DNA of 60,835 nucleotides, counting the filler, from Globobulimina sp. (Eukaryota): assembly GCA_003354225.1 (NCBI GenBank). It is 13 parts of 13 records of this genome, joined end to end, with 100 filler letters (N's around TTAATTAATTAA, not from the genome) between each part and the next. Parts side by side here need not be neighbours in the genome. Positions count along the whole stretch, not along the records: positions 23,458 to 28,046 come from PIVH01001091.1; positions 28,147 to 32,734 come from PIVH01001092.1; positions 32,835 to 37,420 come from PIVH01001093.1; 10 more parts are not named here. One strand, given 5' to 3'. Shown here piece by piece: positions 23,458 through 37,267 of the stretch (the stretch's first letter is position 1; each line of letters starts with the position of its first letter). A program made the position numbers and the translations under genes. The notes under the pieces are model-generated. The model worked only from the letters and a program-made list of their open reading frames with translations. It had not been told where the DNA came from and searched no databases.

Positions 23458-26400
23458 TTAATGTCATTTGTTTTATTTCTATTCCTTTTCTTATTTTTTC
23501 TTTTTGACAACGCAGCCCATTCTTTTTTTGATTGTTCAACTGTGTCTTGTAACGACAATATATGTTTTTTTTGATGATTCAATCGACGAATATATTGCTC
23601 CCATTCTTGTGATTGCAACTTATTTTCGATATTCTTGTAAATAGTATCATTAAATTTAGCTAATAAATAATGCGAACGACATAATGAATTATTAAACATT
23701 AACCTATATTTTGCTAATTTTTTGATACAGACTTCATTTAAATTGGTGCATAAACTCTCAGCTTTGATTAAATGTTTTCTGACCTCTGCAATATCGCGTA
23801 AATGGGACAACATCATCCATTCACCAATCACACAGTCACTCTCTGCGCGTATTTGTTGATTTTCGTATGATTTCTCGCTGCATAAATAGTCGGAGCGTGG
23901 CATCGCATTGCATACACATTGAGCTTTGCGAATGGCGCGTTCAAAATAGCCCTCACTCCAAATCAAATGCCCTTCCTCTAATTTTAGACAATATTCCATT
24001 AAAATATCTTCATTATCTCGTAAATTGACACGCGATGTGTCACTGCGCGCCTTTTTTTTTGCATTCATTATAATCTCCGCGCGTTGCAATATGCGGTGAG
24101 CGACACTGAATCTATTCGCATTTCTGGCAATTTTCGCAAAGAAATATAAGTGGCTTATTAGTGCACAACTTTGTGTTTTGATGGTTTCTATTTTTGTTTT
24201 GTTATTTTTAATTTTATTTTTCGGGGTCAACTGTACCTTTCTCCTGTTATTTGGATTTGGCAGTATCCAAAATAAAGTTGAATGTAAGGATAATAACGGT
24301 TCAATTAAATCGAAATCGTAGCTGGAAAATAAAATATCATCAATGAATTTTATATTGTTTTTCTTTGAAATATTATTTGAATTTGTTAATACAATATTTT
24401 GTGGGTGCACAATTTGAAAAAAATCCCTTCCGCGATACGTTTTTGATAAATCAAATAAGGGATCCATACATTGCTTGAAGTCATCATAATAATTATCATT
24501 ATTATCCACTTTTAAATTCCACGAAGTCTGAATTGCGTTAAACATGGTCCATTTGACCATGATTGCATATAAAGGCTGGATACTTTCTTTCTTTGTATAT
24601 GTCTGTTTAATCAGATTTAGTTTGCCTTCACACAGCGCAGTGTCGAACGCGTCGAAGTTATTTGATTTCAATGCTGCTAAAGCTCGAAATATCGAGCCGT
24701 GGAAACCAATGTTTTTATTGTTATATTTGGTATAAATATTACTGTGATTGCTGTTTGGCGATGGCGATAACATCGTGTCCCATTCACAGATTCGCCAACA
24801 ACATTCATAATATGCTTCAGATAGATATGTATCACTCATATTAGTAGCATTTGGATAAATATTATCCAAATAAGAATATAACAGATTATGACAGCCCATT
24901 CCATTTAATACACGTGATGTCCCCGCTGGTTTCTGCTGAATTGAGTATACTCTCAATGCATAGTCATACCTTCTTTCGTGTTCATACAACATTCCATCAG
25001 AGGTCACGCCATCATTCCTGTCCATTATGCCATAAATGCCATGCGAGTCATGACTGCTATTATATGCCATCATTAATATTGCCTGGCATTCACTGATTTG
25101 TGTTTGTGAGGAAGATAAAACTTTTGCTAACGGGATATCTGGTCCATAGGCATAGATTCCCCACAGATGACAATAGAAAATTGCACTCATTGATCTGTCA
25201 ATTTGTAAGCACGCATTTGCTACGTTTAATAAATCCAAATGGCCTAAAAATACATGCGATGGAAATAAAAATGTTTGCTCCGATAAAGAGGGGATTAAAG
25301 CGGTTGGAATATCTGTTTTAAAATCACCATTTTGCACTTCGACATCCATTTTGTTCCTATTTTTGACTTTGTTATATCGTTTATATTTAGCCACTAACTT
25401 TTCATATTCTTGTTTTTGTAAACCGCTCCAAGTAAACCATGATGATGAATGTGCACTGTTTTCACATTGATTTGCTTCGTATCGAATGTATTCGATGCTT
25501 TCCAGTAATAATTTTACGATTTTATGCGGTAATACTTTATAATTTGATATTAATGAATTAAAGTAATAAGACAACGTTAATGCTGTATGCATCCATGGTA
25601 ATAATTGTGTATCCGATGATGATGAATTGTTTTTATATTTTGCCGCATGCATATTGTTACACAATGGAGAGGTATTAATGTGTAAAATGTCGGTAATGAT
25701 ATAAGGAAATACAGATTCGGCAAAACGTGGCGAAATATCACATAATTTATGACAACAACCCAACACAGAACTTGTATTCAATAAATACTGTTTGATTAAA
25801 TATGAACAAATGTTGCAAATCCATGCTTTAAAATTAGTTTCATTGCTTTTAAATGACCAAACTGATAAAGCATGCTCCACATTATCGTTACTTTCATAAT
25901 CTTTCATTTCAATATCATTCTCATCCCAGTCATCATTTATTTTTGCATTTTTTAATGGTTTTAGCAAATCACGCAAAGCAGTGCGAATTTCGGAATATGC
26001 CAACGAGCCATATTTAGTGTGTAATACCTTAATCATACACTGCATTGCAATGGACATGATTTTAGCGTTGGCATTGCATAAAAACGAGTCGATCAAAGCA
26101 ATTATTTTTGTATCTCTCTGTTTCATACCGGATCCATCCCCGACTTGTGTACATATCAATGCTAATACATCCAATTCGGATTTTTGTTTATTTTCAATAT
26201 ACAGCGAAGGATGAACTAAACCAAAGCGGGACATGCAATTTGCTGCCAATTTACAAATATTATAATTCCTATGATATTTTGAGCCGAGTTTCATAATATT
26301 TTCGATAACGCGACACAAAATGGAATTATTTTCACACCATAAATTCATTAAATCTTTTTGTTTGCCGCATAATGTATTATCTAAGGTTTGTAACATTATC

Positions 26401-27515
26401 TCTATCAATAAAGTTCGATTCCGTTTGCTGTCCATATGTTTATTAAACGCGTTTAATGTGGTTAGCAATGCCGGATTACCACGCAAATTACACCAGACTT
26501 TATATGCTTTAATCCAACAACCATTTTGTTGTTGCGTCTGGTCGATATTCTCCATATTTATAGGAAAAAAATCAATCATTGCCAATGACTCACGTAATGT
26601 TTGGGGACAGTTAACTGTGAGCTTGGTAATGATGCTTGAAATAGTTTTATGTAAATCCGTCTTAACTTTATCCTCGATTTTATATTTTGAGGTATCCAAT
26701 GTGTGCAATGTGAACAGCGCAGAAAAGATATCACAGAAATAATTTGATATTATCTCTTTTTGTACCACAGATTGCGAAATAAAATGTTGACCCACAATGA
26801 TATTAATAATATTTATCACATCCATTAAAATGGCATTGTTGTGTTTGATTTTAAGAACATTCATATTTGAATCATGCAACGGTAATTTAGATGCAATCAA
26901 ACAATTTGTGATGATATGCATTGCCAAACGCAAAGTGGATGGAAATACAATGTCATTCTTGTTTAATTCTTGAAATATCATTAATGTGATATGAATCGAA
27001 CCAATTTTGTCATAAATTCGCAATTTTGCATTGCCGAATTTATCAATCAAATGCAACAATATTTGATAAATTGCAATACCAAATTTTCCAGTTAATAATA
27101 CATTTGTTTTCATCAAGAACTTTGTTGATAATATTTCCAAACATTTTTTGAACCTTTTTTTCATTAAATTAATATCAGACTGCTCCGTTTGAATAAATAG
27201 AGGAATATAATAATCCAAAATGTTTCTCATTAATGTCGTATGATTTTTGCGCAATAAATTATTCATTTTATCCGTGGGCGATGAGCCGATAATATCTGAG
27301 CTACACAAAAACGAAGATATTATTTCATTCCCTTTGGTGTACGTAGATCTATCATCTAATAAACAAAAGGAGTGACAATAAACATATGCAAAATGATGCT
27401 GTATTAACTGTATTAATGAGGTATTCAAAATATTACTAATCTGCGTCAATGCAGACATGTTACGTGCCTTAACCAGCGCAGATATTATATACTGTTGATA
27501 TGACTGAATAAATTG
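23458..27515 (-). CDS. ATM: ATM/Tel1 PIKK kinase, internal fragment (HEAT/FAT region)
   Basis: FAESVFPYII, LDLLNVANAC..AIFY, YEHERRY, YYECCWRICEWD, IEPLLSL, AKIARNANR, LAKFNDTIY..QSQEW follow ATM FAT-region order. Confidence 0.8.
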
Positions 27516-27830
27516 ATTGAAGCTCAAGCCACGTTAGGTGGGCGTATTCAAAGCACAGAGCAAGGTTTAGATTTAGGCCCCACTTGGTTTTGGCCTAATC
27601 AGAACAGTGTTAAGGCACTACTCGCTGAATTGAACATTGATAGTTTTGAGCAATATACTCAAGGCGATTACGTCTACCAAGCGGGACCAAACAGCCCTAT
27701 TCAATCCGAACGTAATCAAGAAGAAATGCTGTCTAACCGAGTAGTTGGCGGAATGGGCGCGATGATTACGGCATTACAAAACCTCCTGCCTCAAGAGCGG
27801 ATTTTATTAAACTCCCCTGTCGGCGCAATC
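27513..27830 (+). CDS. Bacterial flavin monoamine-oxidase-like FAD oxidoreductase fragment (probable chimera)
   Basis: IEAQATLGGRI..DLGPTWFWP..GGMGAMITAL; GC higher than the host. Confidence 0.8.
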
Positions 27831-28046
27831 AAAAGAGACACACCGCCACACAGTATTTCTTTTATATTTTCGATCAAATCCCGAAGCCGAAGCCGGCCCT
27901 CTCCAAGGCTGCCACACAATTTATCTAGAGACGCCATTGAATAGTGCTCAAGCAAAGCAGGTAAATTCTCACTCTGCAGCACCTCTATCGGAATACCGTA
28001 CCGTTGCATCTCCTGACTTAAAATAGAATACCCGACTTTCTGAGTG
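27800..28046 (-). CDS. Bacterial RelA/SpoT-like C-terminal fragment (probable chimera)
   Basis: VGYSILSQEMQRYGIP..SLDKLCGSLGEGRLRLRDLI resembles the post-TGS helical region of RelA/SpoT. Confidence 0.6.
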
Positions 28047-28146
28047 NNNNNNNNNNNNNNNNNNNNNNNNNNNNNNNNNNNNNNNNNNNNTTAATTAATT
28101 AANNNNNNNNNNNNNNNNNNNNNNNNNNNNNNNNNNNNNNNNNNNN

Positions 28147-29515
28147 TATTTAATTTTCCTTTTATCAATGTTACCAAAGGTTTATTTTTTTTATTTTTAT
28201 ATTTTAACATTTTATCATTTTGTGGTTGTAATGCGTTTATAATTAAATCCTTTGAATATGCATAAAATATATTATTAATACTGACCGAGACACAGTTTAA
28301 ACTCTGACATAATTCCATTATATTTCCAACATAGCCATATATTTCCTCTTTAGGCATAATATCCTCACTCAATATATATTTATCATCAATAACAATGTCT
28401 AGAATGAGTCTTTGCAAAACAACTTCTTTGATATTTAACTTTTGTAAATCCATAAAAAAATTGATCATAATATTCCAAATTGATTCATTTTTATTAAAAT
28501 TACTCCAATCAATCATTGATATTCTAAGCACCTTCAATTGGCTCATAACTGCAGATAATAACAAATCAAATAAACGCTGTAACTGTAATGATTGAACAAT
28601 GCCAATTGAACCATCATTATTATTATATTTTTTATATTTAGATCTATGATTACATGCCGATAAAATATGCAGAGATTGTAATTTGACAAATTGTTTTAGA
28701 AAACCAAATGAATCAATATTGTGATCAAACTTATCATCACTTTTATTGTCATCAACTTTGTCGATTTTAAAATGAATGTTTGATAAAACTAATAAATTAA
28801 CACTTTTATTGACAGGCATTGTATGAATCCATGAGTCGTATTTCGCCATATTATGTAGTATTAAATGTTTTAATTTTGGACTTTGTTTCAATAATAACAG
28901 AAACGCAGCAAAATGTGTGTAATATGTTTGCTTTACTTTGGCTGGCTTATAAATGCTCGGTGACGAATTAAAAAAATTCATAAATGGATCACCATGCTCG
29001 ATCTCAATAATATCTGTGGGCTTTTGTGAATAGTACGGAATATGATACGTTTCTGTACACCACAACTCCAAATATAATAAATTTGAAAACAAGTGTAAAG
29101 GCACTTTGATGTGGTATTGAGGCATATGGTATGAATATCGATGAGCGTTATTTGTATGGAAGGAAATATAATATCTATCATCGATTTTTGATTTGGATAT
29201 TTTGAAATAATTTGGATTGACATAAAAGTAATCGTAGGAATAATTATTATACGCTAATTTGTAAAATTGTTTGTTAATAAATAATAACGATAATTTGTCG
29301 ATTGTTGTCAGGAATTTAAAAATATGATTTGATAAAATGTCAACGAATTCTTGATTTGTGATTGGCAGTTTAGTATGTTGTTGCGAGTAATAATTAAATA
29401 GTCGTTTAACATCATCGGTGATCATGTATGCATCTTCATCGTTGCATTGTGCTTTTTTGTTTCGTTTTGATTTCTTATTTTTAGTTTTTGTCTTGGAACT
29501 TTGCTCTGCAGCCAT
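28147..29515 (-). CDS. F-box-like / LRR-like protein, 3' partial
   Basis: DILSNHIFKFLTTIDKLSLLFINKQFY F-box-like motif, followed by LxxLxL repeats. Confidence 0.55.
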
Positions 29516-29579
29516 TAATTCCAAGATATCCAGTAAGTACACAAGAATCAAAAATAACGTACAACAAGAATCAAAAAAA

Positions 29580-31899
29580 TCATTTACTACACGAACTCCG
29601 ATGATTTTTGACCCAATCAAATTTTTGATGTTTTTTACAACAATACCAAACACCTTTACATCCTTTGCAAAGCATTAATTTATTTTGCTGTTTTTTACAC
29701 CATTCACATTGTATGCCTTTAACCATTTGCTTTATCCATAACATTCTACCCTTTGTTTCAAACAATTTACTTTTCTCATATTTAACAAAAGAGGAATCTC
29801 TGATTGATATTCTATTTTTGACCATCTTTTGTTCATTTGCTACTTTTGCTTCGTTAATCAATTTTGATCGTAATTTGCTATCATTGATTTGATATATTTT
29901 CCTATAAAGTTTGATTTTACAGTCCGCTGCACTCCGTTTTAAAATGTTATAACAAATTTTAATGTCATTCATAACGTGAATGTACATATCCGTCATGGAT
30001 TTATACAATCTTTTTTCAAAAAGATCCCAATTTATCATAGGATTAAAACTATGCCACAATTGTCTCAGGCAACATTTGATAATTTTATCATTGTCACCAT
30101 GAGTCCAATCACTTTTACTTAGTATATTTGATGCGAAATGCACAACTGCCCATAGTTTGTGATAAACAGAGAAATCATGAATTGCTGTAAAAGAAGTTGG
30201 TGGATTATTCCTTGATAAATGTTTATGTTTTATTAGCCATATTTGAAAACGAAGAACATTTTTAATCACTGCTAAATCATCAGAATGATGTGCAGAAATA
30301 GCGGATATATTAGCAGCATATTTCACTCTCACTGCATAATCAATGTCAGTGGAATTATGTCCATCTAATAATAACATATCATGCAATGTCACCAATGAAG
30401 AACCATTTATTGGTACATGTACAGGTGAAATAAATAGCAATTTGTTTGTATAACACCGCGCAAAATAAATAGCAATTCGAGCCATCAATATCTTTGACAA
30501 AATACGTCTGTAATCCTTATTAATTACATCCATATTTTGCATCCAAATAATTGCGTTTTTAATTGTTTTGCTGTTCCATTTTGTTAATACTCGATCAATT
30601 TCATACTTTGAAGAGTGACAATCATTTGCAATGCGTCTTATTGTCGTTAAAGTTAATTCAGATTGACTCATTACGAAAACATCATTCTGTAATATCATTG
30701 AATTGTTTACGCTTTCAAAATCAACACCAATCTCATGAACATAATTTGGTGTATCATTTAATTCATTTTTCTTGAGCTCTGATTCAGATTCTTCCCCTTT
30801 ATTATTTTTATTAGTTTCTATTTTTGCCACTATTTCATTGGATGAATTTGTATTTGTATTACGGGATCGTCGTCTTTTTCTGCGATGGCGTTTTCGTTTA
30901 CGATCTTTTTTTGTGTTTTCTGTGCAAATTTTACAACATTTTTCATTCAAAAAAGCAATGTTTCAAACATTTAATGTTGCAAACTCCAAAGTATATATTT
31001 GTTTTGTTGAAGAACATACGTTTGGACGGTAGTGATATAACATTATCATTGTTATTGTTCTCGAGTTGTTCGATTATCTCAATATCAGCGGTCAATGTTA
31101 ATGCTGTATAGTCCTTGATTGATTTCAATTTCATGAATTTGTCCGGACCCCAACTACTGTCATAATAACTAAAATCATGAATTGCATTAAATGTACAATT
31201 TGTTGATACACATTGTATGTTATATTTCACCTTAATTTGTTTTATCGTTGTTGGTAATCCACATAACTGAAGCATTGCACTTAAATATCCTTTGCTTTTC
31301 CTGTTCAAACCATTTGGAAAACATATCAACATCCACATGCCATCAAATATTTTACTCTCAAACTGCTGCCTATTGCGAGCAGCTTTCCATTGCGACAATA
31401 ATTGATCAGTAATGTTCCAAGTAATCCTTTGTTTCTTTTCACATTTTATATTGTTGCTATATAATAACGCTTGTTTTGTATCGTCGATATTTAAAATGTT
31501 CATCGATGCGCCAATTGTTAGACATTTAATATTTGTATTTCGTTTTAGCTGAATTAGCTCAGACAGTAATAATACATTGCTGTTCCAGGCCCAACTGGAT
31601 TTTTTTCGAGTGTATGTATTGATGGATGTGAAACTGGCTGCCATTGCTTCACAAAATTGTGATTTACATAATATAATTGATGCGGTGTCCTTCGGCCATG
31701 GTGATAATGCTACATAAAATATGAATGAATTCTTTCTTCCTTTAGAATCACCATTTGGATAAACATGGAATGTAAATGTTAAATTTTCCATTCTAACTGC
31801 AGGGCTTTCCCATGTTTCACCATTTTTAGCATTTAGCATTTGAGTTAACATTTTAGGTTTAATTTTCCATTCAAATGTATGACAATTTGAGGCTGACAT
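29580..31899 (-). CDS. Tandem MATH domains + C-terminal MYND zinc finger; intron 30920-31019
   Basis: Two FEWKI..VYPNG / ITWNI..CFPNG MATH units; CEWC..LCKGCKGVWYCCKKHQKFDW..HRSSC MYND. A phase-1 intron joins them in frame. Confidence 0.85.
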
Positions 31900-32003
31900 G
31901 GTCAGTTGAATATATATTTAAAGTTTTAATACTTAACTGTACTAATACTAATACTATCCTATACTAATACTATCCTATATTAATACATCTCGCTGTTTGT
32001 GCC

Positions 32004-32620
32004 ATGGATTATTTAGCAAGCTTCATAACTAAATTAAAACAGCTCTACCAGAAATATCCTAAATTAGCGAAAATTGTGGTTTCAGCATTAATTTTTTATG
32101 TATTACACAAATTTTATTCAAAATGGAAATATTCTCAACGACTATTTAATTCACCAACTGAAAGAGCTAAAAATGCAATTTTTATCACAGGTTGTGATTC
32201 AGGGTTCGGCCATGCAATGGCAATAAAATTAAGTACAAGCTTAGGATATCCAGTGATTGCGACCTGTTTAAAACAAGAATCTGTGGATACGTTTATGAAC
32301 AACAAACAATTTGTTGCTGGTAATAGTATTGCAACGCGATTGGATGTAACAAACAAACAAGAAATTGAAGAATGTAAAGAATTTGTTATAAACTATTTAA
32401 ATAAAAATAATATTCGACTATGGGGCATTGTAAATAACGCAGGGATTGCCATCCTCTGTTCATTTGAATTGGTACCCTTTGAAATGGATAAATTACAAAG
32501 AGATATTTTATTCAATGGGCCATTGAATATTATTCGAGCATTGTTACCGTTATTGCCTGGCAGAGCAAATTATAAAATGAAAAGTCAGTCAAGTGATGGT
32601 GGCAGAATTGTAAACATATT
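32004..32620 (+). CDS. Short-chain dehydrogenase (BDH1/RDH-like), interrupted after GRIVNI
   Basis: FITGCDSGFG, LDVT, LWGIVNNAGI, GRIVNI; the YxxxK motif is not reached. Confidence 0.88.
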
Positions 32621-32734
32621 AATAGGATATTATGGTTTTTGGGACAAAATATCGGTGATATTTTCGTTTTTTGGAATTGGGACTGATATTTTTGGTTTTT
32701 GGGTATCGCGATCCCCGAAGGGGTCGCGATATCC
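32619..32734. mobile_element. Possible palindromic non-autonomous insertion with GC-rich C-GAA-G hairpin
   Basis: Abrupt loss of SDR similarity; GGGTATCGCGATCCCC-GAA-GGGGTCGCGATATCC hairpin at the contig end. Confidence 0.45.
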
Positions 32735-32834
32735 NNNNNNNNNNNNNNNNNNNNNNNNNNNNNNNNNNNNNNNNNNNNTTAATTAATTAANNNNNNNNNN
32801 NNNNNNNNNNNNNNNNNNNNNNNNNNNNNNNNNN

Positions 32835-34202
32835 TAATGTTTTATATTGCTACTCATTCGTTTTTCGTTCGTTTCAAACATGATATCGTCAATAATCGAT
32901 TCAGAATCATATTCCTCCGCAATCAACATACGATTTATTGCACCATTATTTATGTGCTTCAGGATAGAATCTCAATCGCTCAGCAATGCCATAGCGAAAA
33001 TATACAGATACACTATTCCCATAATTATTGCTGGATGGATTTACATTAAAATCGAAACCAATAAAGTAATTTCTATGTAATTCGGGGAAATGATCAAATT
33101 GTTTACATGCAAATACGCATAAAATATCCTTTGAACATTGTATCTGTCTTCTATCGATCAGTACTATTACATTTGTGACCTGTTCTTTGTGGATACCGTC
33201 AATGTCGTATTGATGTTGCAATGCCGCAATAATAGCACTATCGATTAGGTCTAATGAATCCGATCTTAACGTACAACGTTGGTAATCAGACACATTTTTT
33301 GTGCGTAAATAGTTATCAATATATTCAATTCCATACGCAAATAAAATACTATTATCGAAAACATTGTGTACAGACTTTGGTATAATTACTAATTTGAGTG
33401 CGAAATTATTAATATTGTTTCTCACATAATGTACGTAATGCGACACACTGAAAACATAGCTATAAATCGCAAACATATCATCATTTATAATGTATGAAGG
33501 ATGGAAATCGAGTCTCTCTTTGAACTGAGTGTTGGATATCATTTGTTGCGCAAACGCGTTGCCCAAATATTGATCACCGGCTTTGATTATGTCGTTTCTA
33601 AACTGTCGACTGGAATATTCGTCAAAATGGTAGCTAATAAATCTTAACTGTCTATGTACGTCGTATATATCATGCAACATATTTTGATTCAATCCTTGCA
33701 GCTTTGCATCAAAATATGTGTTGGATATGTTTTCCTTTTGCTCCTCCAAACCTTTTATGTGTGATTTATTTTAGTGCTTTGGAACAGAAAAGACTTTAAA
33801 TAAAAATGTACCGTGGTAATTATCAACAATAATTGGTATAAAATTGATGGCTCTTTTACATAATTTGTGTAAATATGTTGTTTCTTCGAATGTTAAATGG
33901 CGCTGTGTCTTCAATATGTCAATCATATTAATTATATCGATATTATTGGAAACATATAATCCAATGTTTGCATTTGGGGCATTTGCAATTGCTCTCATTG
34001 CGTTTGCGAGTTTTGGATACATTTCATGCTGAACACAATTAGCAATATGCATCCAACTAACACCATTTTGTTTTGGTGGCCTCGCTGAATCATCAAATAT
34101 CGATTGTCTTTTGTTCTGTGCGGTAATTCTGCGCGATATTCTTTTTTGCATCAACTTCTTATTTTTCTTATATATGCTTGGCCTTAAAACTGACGATGCC
34201 AT
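32835..34202 (-). CDS. Hypothetical multi-exon protein, 3' partial
   Basis: ORFs 33771-34202 and 32946-33749 are separated by an intron-like AT-rich segment. Confidence 0.55.
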
Positions 34203-34239
34203 CTTCCCTTGTAACTGAAGAAGAAAAACAATTAAAATA

Positions 34240-36404
34240 ATGTCACCACTTCTCTTCATTATTTACCTAACCATTCATAGCATTCATTCACAACAAATAT
34301 TGAAACCAAAGCTTAAACCACTACAATGTCCGAAAAGCGTGTATTACACAGTTGTTGCTGATAATGTCGAGCCATATACAATCAATGCACAACATCCAAA
34401 TAATCCATTAGATACTGAATATGAGTGGGAAATCATGGCCGCAGAGGGAATCAATCTCGATCAAATCTTAACTAACGGTGAAAATACAGAAACATTTTGG
34501 GTTCTCAACGAAGAATATGGTGCATTAAGAATAATATTAACGATGCAGCATATCACCAGATCACCAACACCGTGTTCAATTAAACTCGTCTTTCAACAAT
34601 CTCCCTATTTTGGTATTGATTTAGGAACAACATTCTCATGCATTGCCTATCAATTTCCAGACATCAATCATCAAACAAACAAAAGGCAAACTAAAATCAT
34701 TACCGCTGACACATCCAACAAGAGACAATATTGCATTCCAACCGCAATATATTTCCCACCAAATAAGGATGAAAAGTTATTAGTTGGCTATGCAGCACGG
34801 CACAAATTAGCCACAGACCCACAAAATGTGATTTACGATGTAAAGCGCATAATTGGCAGGAAATGGGATGACACAGAAGTGCACTTGTTTGCGCAGAGAC
34901 ATTTATTCAAAATCACACAACATGGCGAAGATATTCAGATTGTAATTCCAAACTGGAATAATATGAAAATATCTCCAGAACAGGCGTTGGGTGCTATTAT
35001 CAGACATTTAGTTGACACTGCATTGAAGGAAGTGAATATAATAACAGATACTCCGTCGAATGTAGTGATTTCAATACCCGCATTTTTCCATAATGCACAA
35101 AGGAGGGCAGTAAAAAGTGCGGCTCAATTAGCAAATGTGAATGTCATTCAGCTTATAGTTGAACCGACGTCGGCCGCTATTGCGCATATATATTATTCAA
35201 CCGTCCCTGCGGATGATTTAAAATTATTTTTAGTGTTTGATTATGGCGGTGGCACATTGGACTGCAGTGTTATGCGTTGTGTTGGTGTTGAATGTAAAGT
35301 ATTGGCGGTTTCAGGCAATTCTACCCTTGGCGGCATTGATTTTGATCATGTTATTAAAGATATTATTATTTCTAAATTGAAAGAGAAATATAATATCAAT
35401 AAAAACCAGATTGATGAAGCTATATTATTGGAGGAAAGTGAGCTGATAAAAATTTCATTGTCAACTAATGATCAGCACGAATATAAATATAAGGATAAAC
35501 CCGAGATTATAATTAAACGAAAGGAATTTGAGAATCATCCACAGACCAAACAATTATTGAAATATGCCATAAAAACTGCCAAACAAGCAATGGAAGCAAC
35601 AGATCCAAATAATCCAAAGTTTAAAGAAAGTAATATTCGAATGATATTGATGATTGGTGGCAGTTCTAACATACCGATTATTCGACAGAAATTACTGCAA
35701 ACGTTTAGCAGAGACACATTGACTTTGGCAGATCCTGAATTGGATCCACAATTAATGGTAATTACAGGGAGCGCAGTGCTGGCTGCTTCAATACGGTATG
35801 ACAAAACTGGTACACAAATAGCACAATCTACAATTAGTGATGTGATTCCATTGCCGTTAGGATTTGATGTATGTTATGGTACATTTGGAGAGACAGATGA
35901 GCAATGCGGTATGATGTCAGTCATTGTTGAAAAGAATAGTGCGTATCCATTGGTAGTTAACACCTCAGGTTGCCCACTTCATCCAGATTCTAGGGAGGTT
36001 AGGTTAAGTTTGTATGAAGGAGAGCATGAGAAAGTGGGGAAGAATTATTTTTTGGCGGAATTGATTGTTGGTTACCACGGAAAGAAAAGAAATGTATTAC
36101 CACATCATTCCATGCTATGTTTAGCATTGATAATGATGGAATTGCAACGATATATGGTATTGCTCATAAAGATGATGGAACAGATGGAGACGTGTATACA
36201 ATGACATTATCGTTGACAGCTCGCGATGGAAGTTTATCAAGAAAACATTTAAAAAGAATGAAAGCTGAATTGGAATCATGGTTGGGCATAAAAAAAAAAG
36301 TAAAACAAAAGCCAAAAAAACAGCGGAAAAGTGAGAAAAAAAAAAGCAAACAAAATGGTGGAATCTTTAGTTGGTTTGGAGGATTGTTTAAAGCGGAATT
36401 ATAA
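34240..36404 (+). CDS. Atypical ER-targeted Hsp70-family protein with N-terminal extra domain; frameshift near 36070
   Basis: Signal peptide; FGIDLGTTFSC, DVKRIIGR, IPAFF, EPTSAA, FDYGGGTLD, LGGIDFD, IGGSSNIP, DVIPLPLG. Second frame gives FSIDNDGI and ends KAEL. Confidence 0.85.
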
Positions 36405-37267
36405 TTTATAATGTGTCTGATCAAAACCTAATTAATCAACATCGTCAATAAAATATCCATTAATATTTTTAATAACTTTTACGAAAAATAGAGTAATATT
36501 TCAACTGTATCCTTTGAATTTTGCGGAAGGCATTGAACTTTTTTGGCTTAGTTTCGTTTCGTTTCATTTCAACGATTAGCAAAGTTTTTGGGTTATAGAG
36601 TGGTTTTCAACCTAGTATTCGAAGTTGACCTAGTATTCGAGTCGTCTAAATATAAACATGTAAAGGGAGGCAACAGAGTTGCATTTTGGGGCGATAGACA
36701 CAGAGGCAAGAGCCCAGGGTGCAAGAGGCATGGTTACAAGATGAATGGTGATTTTATATAATATCATATTTTTGAAAAAAATGGAAAAAAAAATTTAGAA
36801 AAAAAAATTTACGAAAAAAAAATATAGAAAAAAAAAATTTAGGAAAAAGATTTTTCCTAGTGAAAAATTTTCTTTGTGAAAAACTTTCTTAGTGAAAAAT
36901 GAATAGTAAAAGGAGTACAATAAACTATTAATATAACTGATATTCCAATCAACGATTATCTTTTTAAAACCTTTATTCCAAAAAACGCCTATAAAAAAAC
37001 TTTTATTGACTACTATAAAAGTCACTTTATTGCCTAATAAAATAGAAACGTTTCCGTTTTATTGATGGTATAAAATGTAAACGAAAACACACACCACAGA
37101 GCCCCCTCGATCAAAAACGTTGTTTTCAGAAACACGTTACTTGCCTCGAAAAAACAATTTGAATAATATACTTAAGAATTATTTATGAGCATCAAATGAA
37201 GTGATCTAGTCATCTTTGCTTCAATTCACAATAATACTAAAATATTCACAGGCAAAATTTATTCATG

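Noticed and set aside
27513-28046. Functional horizontal gene transfer of bacterial genes
   Set aside because: The fragments are partial, intronless, truncate a conserved host gene and sit at a contig end; chimerism is more parsimonious.
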